The notes under the pieces are model-generated. The model was given only the letters and a program-made list of their open reading frames with translations, was not told where the DNA came from and made no database searches. This document shows, piece by piece, positions 25,263 to 38,404 of a DNA stretch of 64,000 nt (within the stretch, counting starts at the first letter, position 1; each line of letters begins with the position of its first letter). This stretch comes from Azolla caroliniana (lineage: Eukaryota > Plantae > Polypodiophyta): contig JBHGNT010000017.1 of NCBI GenBank assembly GCA_043228905.1, positions 14,632,001 to 14,696,000 of the forward strand, read 5' to 3'. A program made the translations under genes and the position numbers.

Positions 25263-28200
25263 CAGGGCACATTTTTTATACTCACTAGACTCCCTTTTTC
25301 TTACGCAGGTTGATTTATTAATTAGGTTCAAGCGAATGCATCCAAATATCAAAGTTCAACGACGAACATTCGAGTCTCTTAAGCCACACTTTGTGAGACG
25401 TTTAAAGGTTTGATACACATGTTGTTGCATTTACCATGTACAAATGGGTTTTCTCAAGGACTCTGTTAATCTACTACGTCACCATAGCTCCCCCCTAGAG
25501 GACGCTATCTACACTTGTGAGTGCCCTATTTGTCGATCTAGCCTGCAAGAGCACTGTAAATCATCAGATCATGTTATCTCTTCCATGAGTGGTCTTTTAG
25601 ATTCGGTATTATGTCCGAGAGAATCTGAGGCTATCTTCCATAGTCATAAATGTGTCATGGGTTTATGTCAAGATTGTGGCACTCGTAGATTTAGGTGGTG
25701 TCCAAAAAAGTTGAGTAGTGAAAGATTAATCTCTGTCAAGTTATTTGAGTCTGTGGACACCAATTTCGAAGGAAAGGTGTGTAAAAGAAAGGATCTAGTT
25801 AGGAAGTCTCTTAAACCAAGGGATTTGGCGTCTCTATTTATAGTATCTCTAGGAAAGTTCATTAAACATAACTTCATTTATTCATAGCAGGCCCATCGAT
25901 TTAAGACTTGCATATCTGATTTTCCAAATGATATAGTAGACTCAGTAGTAGATTTCACAGAGAATTATACTTTCAAGCAGCAGAATGAAATTCAATCCAT
26001 GCATTGGTGTTTAGTGCAAGTAACCGTTTTGTGCAGATAACATATTTTCGAGTTTTGGGTGATGTTAAGAATGTAATTCATTTTTTTATTTCTGATGATA
26101 AAAAGCATGATACCTTGTTTGTCCAACACTATTTTAAGTTACATTGGGAATGATTATTATGTCAACTTTTGGAGCTTAATCAACATTGGGTCTGGTCTGA
26201 TGGAGCTTTGTCACAATTCAAGGCTAGACGTCCATTTTATTTTGTTGGGAGGTGTATCCTTCTGTAACAAGTTTGGAGATGAGATGGAACTTTTTTGGGT
26301 CTGGCCATGGTAAAGGTGAACATGATGGAGCAGGTGTAGTTATAAAGAAGGCACTTACCCATGAACAACTAAAGGCAAATGGTGTGCCTATGAATTGTGC
26401 AACACATATAGTCGAATTTTTAAGAGCTAATATGTCAACGAGTGCAACTGTTGTTTATTCTTCATAGGTTTGAGATATCAAATGTGAATTTTGGGAAGTG
26501 AAGATAGATGAAGTAAATAGGGAGAAGCTCTGGGAGTGATGAGAATAGCGCGGAATATTCCGCGGCCACAACCGAGACTTGAACACTTCTATGAGAATGG
26601 AGAACACAGAAATGGGAACTAAAGAGTGAAACACAAGATGTTTACGTGGAAAATCCTGAATGGGAAAAACCACGGGAGCCCACTGACTCCAAACTATCAC
26701 TATGAAGAGAAGGGGTACAATCAGAGACTCGTAGGCAACGACCTCGAGCTCAGTTTCTTCGCCAGGCGGCGGTTACCAAAGTATCGCTCTGTATCTCTCT
26801 CTCCCTCTCTTTGTCGCTCTCTCTATACAACAGTTACAACAACCAAAACAGGCTTACTCAAAAAACATATTTACAGATATGTCTCTCTTCCGGTTCTCAC
26901 CGGGTCCTCTTCATTCATCACTGGATCCCATCTGGAGGGACTAATTTCCCAACAATCTCCCCCTTCACTTCGACATGGGATGTCTTGTCAGCCTGATCCG
27001 CTTTCGGTAGCCGTCTAGCTTGTCGGTTGTCAGGACCATGGTCACCATGTCCGACCCGTTCTCCTCCGTCTGGATCTTCGTCAACACGATCTCTTGATCT
27101 TCTACTCTCTCTCGGATCCAGTGGTACCTCCGCTAGATATGTTTCGTCTGGGAATGGTACGCCGAATTCTTTGCAAGGTGGATGGCTCTTTGACTGTTGC
27201 AGTAGAGTCGGTATTCCTCTTGTTGGATTCCTAGCTCTCCGATGAAGTCCTTCATCCAAATTATCTCCTTGCCGGCTTCTAAAACTGCCATGTACTCTGC
27301 CTCCATGGTTGACAACGCAACCGTCTTCTACAACCTCGATTGCCACAAAACAGCTCCCCCTGCATAAGTCATGACATATCTGGATGTAGACTGGCTGGTA
27401 TCCACATCAACCGACATATCCGAATCCGTGAATCCGACAAGTTGGGGATTACCGGAGGTGAACCGGAGGCACATACTCGAGGTGCCTTTCAAATACCAGA
27501 GTATCCACTTGACTACGTTCCAGTGCTCTCTTCCGGGATTGCTCATGAACCGGCTCACCACTCCGACTGCATATCCGATATCTGGCCGGGTACACACCAT
27601 TGCGTACATCAAGCTCCCGACAGCAGAGGCATATGGTATCATCATCATATCCGCCTTCTCTGTCTTTGTTCTCAAGCTCTGCTTTCTGGATAGCTTGCAG
27701 TTTTCCGGAAGTGCCGATTCGACTGGTTTCACATCCGACATGTTAAACCGCTGAACCACCTTTGTCACATACTTCTCCTGTGACAACCACAACAGCTTCT
27801 CTTACCGGTCCCTGAAGATGTGCATACCCAATATCTGTCTTGCTGGACCCAAGTCTTTCATTGAGAAAGTTCCGTTCAGAGCCTTCTTCAGCATCCGGAT
27901 CTTTCCTTGGTCTCATCCCACGATTAGCATATCATCCACATAGAGGAGTATCAGGAAATCTCCTCCATCAAATTTCTTCACAAACACACATTGATCGGCT
28001 TGCCTTTTGTGGTACCCTTGGTCGGTCGTGAAGCAGTCGAACTTCCGATACCATTGCCGGGGGGAGCTTGCTTCAGTCCGTTGTCGTGAAGATCCGTCAC
28101 TAGGCGCGGATTGCGAGGTGGAACCGCCGGGGTTCTGGACCGAAAGGATCGAAGTTTACACCAAGCTTAGCGAGAAAGTATTTAGCATAGATTGAGAGAG

Positions 28201-28567
28201 AGAAAGAGATTAAGATTAAACGCTTGACTTAGATTGAGAAAGATTGATATGGCCGAGAGAGAGATATTGAGATTAACATGTTAACTATTGATTTTAGATT
28301 TTAAGAAACAAGTTACACGATCAATTCGATAACAAATTCTCTTCTTCTTAATTTAATAACCAAAAAAAAACCCCATTGATCTTTTTCATTCCCTCTTTTA
28401 TAGATGCCCTCATGCATTTGAGGGTTCAAGACATACATAAAATGCATGTTTGCCATTTGGCGCTCATGTATTACATGTGGTGCATGATAACCATGTCGCT
28501 CATTTTAGCTCTCATGTATGAGAATTTATATGTAAAAGTAAAATGATAGAAATAGAAACTCAATTAA

Positions 28568-28635
28568 ATGTCATGGCTTAGTGGTAAGCCTATTGACTCT
28601 TAACTAAGAGGTGCAAGGTTTGAATCCTCATTTGT
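28568..28635 (+). promoter_or_regulatory. tRNA-Lys-like A/B-box unit in the 3' LTR
   Basis: TGGCTTAGTGG 28574-28584; CTCTTAA loop; GGTTTGAATCC 28617-28627. Confidence 0.7.
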
Positions 28636-29202
28636 CGTCCTTGTATATATATATGTAATATTTATTTATTAATTTGGTCGCAGGATGCCGCCGATTACCG
28701 GTGCGCCGCCGGATGTCGGTTCCACTGGCTCGCCAGCTCCGTCTCCGTCGGATGATGGTTCCGTCGGATCACCGACTCCATCGTCGATCCGGTTTTGGTT
28801 GACCAAAACCTTTACAAGTAGCTAGGCCACTTCCGCTCTTAATTCAAGTTACCTTGAACTCTCTATGCTCCACACATAAACACAATGTTAATAACTTTTG
28901 CTCCACCTTATATATGGTGAGAGCCTTATTCGTCCTGTGTATGTGGGATATCTTATAATTTTCTCTTTTTCTTTCGCAACTTCTTACCCACATAAGTTAA
29001 CACTTAGATGTCTGTTTCTCGTGTAATAAAGTGCATTTGAAAGCTCTTGAAGGCCTCCATCATTTTGTACTTAGATATTAAACTTATTTAAAATGTTATC
29101 TTCACTATTATTGTTTTATGTGATTAATACTCGATTTTGTACGTTTTATGTGATTTTCACACCATTGCCGAAAATCTTCACGACATCCACCCCCACCAAA
29201 CC

Positions 29203-31383
29203 TCACGTCCTTCGGTACATGCCAAGAAGAGAGAAAGTGAGATTTTGGCAATGGTGATTAGCATGACTCCTCCAAGTCGAGCATGTCCTTTCCTTTGCAC
29301 TCGAATCATGGTTGCCAACCAACCATATCATTCGTCTTTTCTTTGCTTTACCATGACTTGTTGTCATGGCCCCTTGCTCCCTTCCTGAGGATAATCGTTT
29401 AAGTCTTATAAATGTTCTGCCCTTGTCTCGATCGTCTCCTTGCTCAAGGCAGTTGGACTCATTCACAGTAGTGTCTTTGATAGATGTTTTGATCACATCC
29501 ATCAAATCCTCATGGCTCGCTTGGCCATCACCATCCCTTGCCATATTTTGCGCAAATTCTTCGTTGCACGCATCAGCTTTTACCCTTACTTCTTCCCCAT
29601 CACTATCCTTCTCTTGGATCTTACATCGGTTAATGCCCAAGTCTCCAGAAAGAGTGTGGAGGGACCCATACATTTTCGCCGTTTGCCTTTTTTGTGCCGC
29701 ACTTAGCCATTTCCATCTTAATGTTTCTTGAATCAGCATTGATCTTTGCTTCCTTGCCATCGTTGCGTGAATCAGCATTGACCTTTGCTTCCTTGCCACT
29801 AGCTTCCGTCTTTTGCCGCATGTATTAGTTTCGGCCTTCGGTTCTTCGCCATCACCTCTTGTCTCTTGGGTCTTACATCGGTTCTCGGACGCAATTGCCC
29901 AAGTCTCTGGAAAGAGTGTGGAGGAAATTTGGTCGTCGTCATTGTCTGTACTATCTTTGTCCTTCGCTTCCTTTTTGCCACCATTCGTCTCTCCGGTCTC
30001 ACGTTGGTTCTCGGACACAACCGTCGAAGTCTCTAGAATTAGTGGGCCGGATTCCTTAGTATTACCTTCCTTCGTCGTTTCGTCCATAGCCTCCTTCTCG
30101 GCTATCCCTTCATCATATACATTGGCTTTGATCTTTGTTGTCTCTCCTCCATCTTCCGTCTCTTCGGTCTCACGTTGCCTTTCAATTGCAACTACCGAAG
30201 TCTCTGGAGTTAGCAGTGGGAAAGTCTCAAAAGGACCAATCGCCATTGACTCGTTCATAGCCCTCTCTGACTCGATGTCGTTTTTCGTGGTTGTCTCTTC
30301 AATCTCATGGGCCTCACACCCATTGACTCTCTTGATCGAACAAGCTTCAATTATCCTTCTCTCTGGTTCTTTGCCGCCACCTCCCGTCTGTTGGGTTTCA
30401 TGTTGGTTAGAGGACGCAACTGCCCAAGTCTCTAGTACAGCTGCGGAGAAAATCTCGCCATGGTTGTTGTCAACTCTTGTTGTCTTGCTCATAGCCACCT
30501 CCTCGATTTTAGTGGCTAGATCCTCTATCATGTCGATCTCGCACTCTTTATCTCCTTTAATGCAAGCTTTGATTAGGCTTTCGAACACGACGCATGTTCT
30601 GAAACATTTGTCCTCCTTTGAAATGGTCGTCATCATCCTCGACTCATCATCAATCTTCTTTTCATGTTGTATGCGTTGTTTAGGTGTCTCTACTTCTTTG
30701 GATGGTTTTGCATTCTCTATGATCGGCCTTTCCAAGTCAATACCATCAAGCCATCGACGACGTCTATCGATCTTGTTGCATGCTTGCTTCATCGCAACCC
30801 AATCCGCCACAAGCCCGTTTGCTTGGGTATCATCTTCGAGGAGAGTTCCCAACTCTCTTCTATCCTTCATGTCCACAACTTTTAAGAAGTATAAAGTCTT
30901 GTCCTCTTCAAGCAACACTTGGTCCATGTTGGGGAGACGACTAAACATCTGGTCGAATTCGTCGTACACCATCGAGGCACTCATCTTCTTATTCTTCTTC
31001 TCTTTCCACTTCATCAGGGCATGTCGAGTCATCCTCGTTGAGTCTTCAGTCGCGAACTCCACTAGTATCGTTTTCTCGAACTTGGACCATGTTGTCTTAC
31101 CTTCTTGAAGTTCGATGATGCGTCTTTGAACGTTGTTGGCGACAATTCTCTTGAAGCTTGCGATTTGTCGTGCTTTGGACACGTCCCTCTGATACATCTC
31201 CCTTCTATATGCATCAAGGAATTTCGTAACGTTCCTTCCATCGAATTGGCCCTCGAGCTCTACGACACGATCGACAACCTTCTCCACGCTCGCGTCGTTG
31301 TCCCGAGATCTCATCATTTGCTCGACGATTAGCATCATCCTTTCGAGCTCTCCCGCTTGATTGCTTGAGGACGCCATCTCCAA
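29203..31383 (-). CDS. 726-aa Gag-like protein with an acidic repetitive C-terminal extension
   Basis: Uninterrupted ORF from just after the PBS to the PPT; N-terminal FDGRNVTKFLDAY gag-like motif; four ET(W/S)xx(A/V)xxxxxxT repeats. Confidence 0.8.
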   Translation of the reverse strand: MEMASSSNQAGELERMMLIVEQMMRSRDNDASVEKVVDRVVELEGQFDGRNVTKFLDAYRREMYQRDVSKARQIASFKRIVANNVQRRIIELQEGKTTWSKFEKTILVEFATEDSTRMTRHALMKWKEKKNKKMSASMVYDEFDQMFSRLPNMDQVLLEEDKTLYFLKVVDMKDRRELGTLLEDDTQANGLVADWVAMKQACNKIDRRRRWLDGIDLERPIIENAKPSKEVETPKQRIQHEKKIDDESRMMTTISKEDKCFRTCVVFESLIKACIKGDKECEIDMIEDLATKIEEVAMSKTTRVDNNHGEIFSAAVLETWAVASSNQHETQQTGGGGKEPERRIIEACSIKRVNGCEAHEIEETTTKNDIESERAMNESMAIGPFETFPLLTPETSVVAIERQRETEETEDGGETTKIKANVYDEGIAEKEAMDETTKEGNTKESGPLILETSTVVSENQRETGETNGGKKEAKDKDSTDNDDDQISSTLFPETWAIASENRCKTQETRGDGEEPKAETNTCGKRRKLVARKQRSMLIHATMARKQRSMLIQETLRWKWLSAAQKRQTAKMYGSLHTLSGDLGINRCKIQEKDSDGEEVRVKADACNEEFAQNMARDGDGQASHEDLMDVIKTSIKDTTVNESNCLEQGDDRDKGRTFIRLKRLSSGREQGAMTTSHGKAKKRRMIWLVGNHDSSAKERTCSTWRSHANHHCQNLTFSLLGMYRRT

Positions 31384-31418
31384 GTATTAATCTCGGCTTG
31401 ATCCTTCCTACTGCCTCT

Positions 31419-31436
31419 TTCACGTCGGGTTCACCA
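31419..31436 (-). other. Primer binding site for tRNA-Trp
   Basis: The plus strand reads TTCACGTCGGGTTCACCA, matching the 3' end of plant cytosolic tRNA-Trp as recalled; 8 nt from the LTR. Confidence 0.85.
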
Positions 31437-31929
31437 CTTAATTATGTCGTGAAGATCCGTCACTAGGCGTGAATCGCAAGCCGGAACCGCCGGGAACCGT
31501 CGGGGTTCTGGACCGGAAGGATCAAAGTTCGGACCAAGCTTAGCGAGAAAGTATTTAGCATAGATTGAGAGAGAGAAAGAGATTAAGATTAAACGCTTGA
31601 CTTAGATTGAGAAAGATTGATATGGCCGAGAGAGAGATATTGAGATTAAGATGTTAACTGTTGATTTTAGATTTTAAGAAACAAGTTACACGATCAATTC
31701 GATAACAAATTCTCTTCTTCTTAATTTCATAACAAAAAACAACACCCATTCATCTTTTTCATTCCCTCTTTTATAGATGCCCCCATGCATTTGAGAGTTC
31801 AAGACATGCATGTTTGCCATTTGGTGCTCATGTACTACATGTGGTGCATGATAACCATGTCACTCATTTTAGCTCTCCGTATGAGAATTTATATGTAAAA
31901 GTAAAATGATAGAAATAGAAATTCAACTA

Positions 31930-32002
31930 AATGTCATGGCTCAGTGGTAAGCCTATTGACTCTTAACTAGGAGGTGCAAGGTTCGAATCCTTGCCCTCAT
32001 TG
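31930..32002 (+). promoter_or_regulatory. tRNA-Lys(CTT)-like A/B-box unit in the 5' LTR
   Basis: Perfect A box TGGCTCAGTGG 31937-31947; loop CTCTTAA; intact T arm GCAAGG-TTCGAAT-CCTTGC; acceptor stem does not pair. Confidence 0.8.
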
Positions 32003-35000
32003 TATCCATATATGTAATATTTATTTATTAATTTGGTCGTCAGATGCCGGATGACGCCGGTTTGCCGGATGCTGCCGCCGGTTACAGGTTGCCGCCGGAT
32101 ACCGTCGCCAAATGCTGCCAGATGTCGGTTCCACCGGCTCGCCAACTCCGTCTCCGTCGGATCACCGGTTGCCGGGGTGCCACCGTTGCTGTGCCGGTTG
32201 CCGCCAGATTACCTGCTCCATCGTCGGTCCAGTTTTGGTTGGCACAGCAACGGTGGCACCCCGGCAACCGGTAAGCCTTATTCGTCGTGTCTATGTGGGA
32301 TATCTCATAATTTTCTCTTTTTCTTTCGCAACTTCTTACCCACATAAGTTGACACTTAGATGTCCGTTTCTCGTGTAATAAAGTGCATTCGAAAGCTCTT
32401 GAAGACCTCCATCATTTTGTACTTAGATATTAAACTTATTTAAAATGTTATCTTCACTATTATTGTTTTATGTGATTCATACTCGATTTTGTACGTTTTA
32501 TGTGATTTTCACACCATTGCCGAAAATCTTCACGACACTGTATAGGCTCTTCTTCAACCGGCACACCAGGTGCTCCTTCCAGTTCTTCACAAATCCTTCC
32601 GGTTGATGCATGTAGATTTCTTCTTTGTGGTCGCCATGTAGGAATGTCGTCTTGATGTCTAGTTGCTCTACCTCGAGGTCCATGCTTGCCGTTATGCCCA
32701 ATACCGTCCGGATGGATGTCATCTTTACTATCGGGGCAAAGATCTCATCGAAATCCAATCCTTTCTTCTACTGGAAGCCCTTCAGCACGATTCAGGCCTT
32801 ATACCTGGGTGTATTTCCGACATCTCCCGGTTTCAAATTGTACACCCACTTGTTCCGGAGTGCTCTCTTTCCTTTCGGCAACTTCGTCAGTTCGTATGTG
32901 TGGTTCTCATGCAGGGAATCCATCTCGCCCTGCATAACACTCAACCACTTGCGGCTGTGGGTGTCTCTTTCCGCTTCTTCAAAGCTTTCCAACTCTCCCT
33001 CATTTATTCCTCATCCTCATCCGATTCGGGATCTTGTCCGGTTCCGGTTTCTTCTTTGGTCGGTTCGGTTTCCTGTTTGTATCTGGCCGGTTCGTCAAGT
33101 GTCATCCGGTTACCAGCAACATCTCGTTTTCAACCAGGTAGCTCCTTGTGTCCTCAAACTAGTCTTCATTGGATGATCCGGAGTTGATTATCTTCTTCTC
33201 CGACTCCCAATCGGCAATGGTCCTGTCTTCCATGAAGACTGTCCCGACGCCGGAACACCTTCTTGTCGACCAGATCCCACACCCGGTAACCGAACTCATC
33301 ATCACCGTATCCAAGGAATATGCATGGCCTGAACTTCGGATCTAGGTTTGCTCTCTTGTCCACATGCACGTATGCGAGACACCCGAACACCTTCATATGC
33401 CGGTAAGAGACATCTTCACTGGTCCATACTTTCTGAGGTGAGTCTCCTTCCAAGGGTACTAAGGGTGATCTGTTTATCACATAGGTCGTCGTCGTCAGCG
33501 CCTCAGCCTAAAACGTCTTGGGTAACTTGGCATGTGTGAGCATGCTCCGGACTCTCTCCATTATGGTTCGGCCCATCCTTCCAGCCAACCCGTATAATTC
33601 TGGTGTCTTCGGCATGGTAAATTCGAGCCAGATTCCCTTCGACCGGCAGTACTCCTTGAACCACCCCCGGTATTCTCCTCTATTATCTGCTCAAACTGTC
33701 TTCAACTTCCGACCAGTTTCTCTTTCCACTCTCGCATGGAGCTCCTTGGAGACAGGTAGCACCTGATCCTTTGACTTCAACGGCGAGACCCACAACTTCC
33801 TGCCGTGGTCGTCAATGAACGCCACAAAGAACTGCGATCCGGCATGTGACTTCGTGTCCCCTTGACACACATTGGTATGCACTAGCTCTAGTGGTGCATT
33901 CCGTCTCATCGGTGATCTTGACTGGAAGGAGGTTCGGTTTTGCTTGCCGGCCAAGCAATCAGTGCACTTCTCGAGTTGCACGTCCTTCACTGGAATGAGG
34001 TTGTCTTCCACAAGCCTCTTCATCCCCTTCTCAGTCATGTGACACAGTCTTTTGTACCACAACTCACTGGTAGTGTCGGATGCTACATTCACTTCTTCCC
34101 GGCATATCCGGGTATTCATCAAGTACAGTGTGTTGATCTTCCAAGCTCGAGCCACTATTAGGCTCCCTTTGTTGAACTTCATGACTCCGTTCCGAATGCT
34201 ACCCATGTAGTCTTCATCATCTAGCCGACCGACTAATATCAGGTTCAGTCACACCTCCGGAACGTGTCGGACATCCTTCAGCAACAACTTGCATTAGGTT
34301 GATGTCGTCAACAACACTTCTCCTATGCTGAAAATTCGGCATGTACCCTCATTCCCCATACGGACCCAACCATGACCACCGGTTGTATAGGATGAGAAGC
34401 ATCTCAGGTCTGGTGTCAGGTGGAACGACGCTCCGGAATTGACAACCCACGTTGTCTCATCACCGACAAGGTTTAACTCATTCTCCTCGGTAATGAGCAT
34501 CAGTTCCTCTTCACTTGTTGCAATCGCCGACGTTCCTTTCCGATCCGGGCCTCTCTGGTCCAAATCGTTTCGGTTTGAACTCTTCTTCGAATCGGTGGTG
34601 CCGGTTTCTTTCTCTTTCCGGAAATGCCAACAGTTCTTCTAGAAGTGCCCCGATTTTCCACAGTAGAAGCAAGTAGGCCTCCCCCTTGACTTCGACCTCG
34701 TCCTTGACTTGTCCCGGTTTTGGGGATTCTGATACCGGCCTCTTTCCCGGTTGTGGTCATCTTCTGTGACCAAGGCCTTCAGATTGGTTCTGGACTCCCA
34801 GTCCTTCCGGCGAGTTTCTTCATCTAGGAAGCTTGACTTTAACCTCGCTAGGGACAATTGTTTTCCTTCCGGCCCGACGTTGCCCAACGTGACAACTAAC
34901 ATCTCCCAGCTATCCGGGAGGGAATCGAGGAGGAGCAATGCGAGTACCTCATCGGCGAGATGTATGCCGTCATCTTCATGTGCATCACCTCCCACATTGT

Positions 35001-38000
35001 GGCGTCGATCTTATCCGATCTCTTGTCCCCGAACTGAACCATCAACCAAAGATCTTTGACCACCAGCATATCCCTCATCTTCGACTTCCACACTGAGTAG
35101 TTGGAGCGGGTGAGCTTGAACATGCCACCGAACGATTGTTCCATTTTCTCTGTTGTTCGCTCTGATACCAACTGATGAGAATAGTGCGGAATATTGCTCG
35201 GCCACAACCGAGTCTTGAACACTTCTATGAGAATGGAGAACACATAAATGGGAACTAAACAGTGAAACACAAGATGTTTACTTGAAAAACCCTGAATGGG
35301 AAAAACCACGGGAGCCCACAAACCCATAACTATCACTATGAAGAGAAGGGGTAATCAAAGACTTGTAGGCAACAACCTCGAGCTCGGTTTCTTCGCCACG
35401 CGACAGTTACAACAGAGTATCACTCTGTATCTCTCTCTCCCTCTCTTTGTCGCTCTCTTTGTACAATAGTTACAACAACAACAACAAAAAACTCACACAT
35501 AAAGTGATTGCCCTAAGTCATATTTATACTTAGATGAACTTAGGGCTATTTACAAATATAACTTCAATAGGCTTATTCAAGAAACATATTTACAGATATG
35601 TCTCTCTTCCAGTTCTCACCAGGTCTCCTCCGGTTTTCGGATCTCTTCCGGTTCTCATCGGGTCCTCTGCATTCATCACCAGATCCCATCCAGAGGGACT
35701 GATTTCCCGAATTGCGATCTCTCCATGTTGTTTGGGGTTATTCTAGGTTGGAAGGTCATTGTATTGGGGTTAGAGAATTAACTTGTTTTTGCTTCCATTG
35801 TGTGCAGGGAAATTGGAGGTATTGTTTAAACAAAGCAGATATTTAGAATTGGGAGTACCATACATTGAATGATAAGGACAGAGCGCATGGAGAAACAGAA
35901 AACAATGTTGACTTCACATATCAAGGCCGTGGAGATACTCTAAGTGATGTTATAAACATTGGGGATAATATTGCTATAAATGTAGAAGAAGACAATTCAA
36001 GGGGTGTTGATTTCTATATATTGAAGTGCACGGTTTGTAAACAACGTGCAATGCAGAATATTGTAGATGCTTGGGGAAATTTTGTATCTGCCGGGACATT
36101 CTACATTGAAGGTATCTTTTATGCAAGACTAGATGATTAAGATTATGTGTATAGGCTTTTAGAAGACATACTTGTAGCGTACGTGTACTCTCATTGGTCA
36201 GGTGCATCAACGTCCCGATGTCGCAATACAATAGCTGCTCAGATTTATACATAGTTAGTGCTAATGTGTATGAATGTATTTACAATAGTATGCCATGGAA
36301 TTTCTGGCTACAAGGAGATCATACCAGTTTTCTAGTAAAGTGGACAAAGTAGTTGTATTGCAAAAAAACACTTTAATAAAATTGTTTGGGAGTCTTTTTC
36401 TGTTCTTGTTTCTTAATAAAATCGTGCCTATTAAATGTGTATTGATTACAATCAGTTTTACTTATTGCAACTTTCAGTTTTAGTGTTTGTTCAATGTGCA
36501 TAATGATGATTATACTAGCTGGAATACATTTTGGCAATGGTTTTTTTACTCTCAAGTGAACCATGTACAAGTTCAAATAGTTTGCTATTCTAAGAACAAC
36601 CAACAACATGAAATCAAATTACATATTTATAATACACCATTGGCAATGTCTACAAAGCGCCTATAAATAGCTAAGCTCTTGTTGGTCAGTGGAACTTCTC
36701 TACATATGTGATCTGCATACCGAGCATGGTATGGTGTCCACAACCATGCAATTAGTTGGCAGCTCAATGTTTTCACCAAGTAGTTATCAAGCATTTTGTC
36801 CAATGCAATGACACAACATTTGCGAAGGTTGTAGTAATGCCAGAAATATTCTATATCCACAATCAACATATTGTCGGCTATATATTCATGCGAGGTATGC
36901 CAAAAATAAGAAAGTCTTTTGAATCTTGCTTGGTCTTGCTGCCCACATCTTTCTCGTGTCCTTTGACCCTTGAAGTGTTGTCACCACTTTGGAAGAATCT
37001 TTCTACACACTTCCAAACAACTATGTGGTTTTTCACTCCAAATAAACAAATCAAAGTATTGCACAACCCACTCTAGAAATGGATTCACGTTCCTCCTTGG
37101 TGTCATATATCGCACACTCATCAAGAATTTATCAAGCTCCAAGATCAAGGCTCTTCTTTCATCTTCTAATGGTTTAGGTTTCCATTCTTGCAACTGAGCC
37201 TCTGTTACACCAAGTATTGGTAGCACACAATCAATTTCAATCAACTCAGGTTCTATAGACACAATTGGTGTCCTTTCCCTCTTCAAACCCCTGGTCGATT
37301 GTGTCTTTGGGTCTGGCTTCACCTTGTTTTGCTCTTGTGCAGTCATTGGGCCTGGCTTCACACTGTTTTGCTCTTGTATAGTCGACCGTGTCATCGGTCC
37401 TAGCATTACCTCTTTGCATGTAGATACTTCTCTGGTCGACACAGCACATTGGTATCACATGATGCATCTACATGCAAAACATGCTTGATCTACTTGCGTG
37501 ACCAGATAATTTGTGTCAGTTGCTACATCTACTTTCAAGATGGGGCCCTCTAAACACGCAACAACATCAACAGTTTCCACATTGCCATCGGCCTTGGGAG
37601 CAATAGATTCAAACCCTTTAGACTCTGCAACATCAGAAAACACCAACATATTCACACTAACAAAGTAGCTAACAGTCTCACAACACAACATAATGAACAT
37701 GAAATATTCTGCAACAAAATAATAATATTATCTTAATATCTATCATAGAGTTCCATTGCATAATGTGGATCAAGCAACAACCAATCTGAGGTGTTACTTG
37801 TCAAAATAGACCATAGGCCATCTTCATAATTTCTAGGAAAATAGCTAATAGTCATATCCCACTAATCAGTAATTGGTAGTAATTAGCTCCAATTCAAGAG
37901 TGCCATGATCGAGTAACTAGTCTTGTCCCTGATCATGGCTCCTTCTTCAGCCTTTTTCTAGCCGGTTTCCCATTTTGCCTTGCTTCTTTCACCCATTGTG

Positions 38001-38404
38001 CAAATCTGTCCTCCTTCGACAACCTCTCCATCGCCTCAACAACGGCTTGCACGCCAGCCGCATCTTGCGATAGCTTTTCAAGCACAGTGGGATCTAGTGG
38101 GACATCATCAACAGTTGGGGTCGTTGGGTTGAATCAAGGTTTTGGGATTCGAAGAAATGTTGCATCAAGTGTTCAAAAACACTATTGTTATAAACCTCAG
38201 ATTTACATGTTATTTCCAGTATTTCATGGCTTTTCACAACGTTGCCTAATTCAATACAATTTTCTAAAAGAATAGGGTGGAGCTTATCTGAAGCAGATGT
38301 GATAGCAAGACTCTTACTTTCAGCCACGTTGTTAGCTATCTCCTCATCGGTTGTGGCATCATCTCATGCAACCTCCTTAATCCACGAGATTCTACAACAA
38401 CATG

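Larger units (their letters stand above)
28082..32537 (-). mobile_element. Non-autonomous gypsy (Phygy-like), gag only
   Basis: ~1.1-kb LTRs 31445-32537 and 28082-29185; 4-bp TSD CCGT/CTGT; PPT ggtgggggtgga; tRNA-Trp PBS; no pol. Confidence 0.92.
26537..35708 (-). mobile_element. Ty1/copia (Tork/TAR-like), decayed; outer end of the 5' LTR and its TSD are deleted
   Basis: LTRs 26537-26954 and 35173-35708; PBS 35159-35170; same gag-pol family as 11111-16729; carries the nested insert 28082-32537. Confidence 0.92.
5804..36330 (+). pseudogene. Sola2-like DDE transposase, spliced and split by nested insertions (segments 5804-5930, 11040-11110, 16735-17110, 25309-26536, 35709-36330)
   Basis: Removing TSD-bounded inserts restores KYWAEKKRKHRQ...IGCNIG and ESRVSPNKKD. 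GT-AG intron 17111-25308 joins DVPQ|VDLLIRFKRMHPNIK. Motifs TCCCIYH, VVDFTENY..QNEIQSMHW, SDDKKHD, WSDG..SQFK, WNFFGSGHGKGEHDGAG, RELTCFCFHC. Sola2 label is from remembered signatures. Confidence 0.8.

Noticed and set aside
29813-31108. 431-aa plus-strand Ser-rich ORF
   Set aside because: Antisense shadow of the Glu-rich 726-aa ORF; no motifs.
31930-32002. Functional tRNA-Lys gene
   Set aside because: The acceptor and anticodon stems do not pair and it is duplicated as part of an LTR; reported as a promoter-like relic.
35754-35807. Possible intron (GT...GCAG) in the Sola2-like transposase
   Set aside because: It reads through as the Cys motif RELTCFCFHCVQ, so it is coding.
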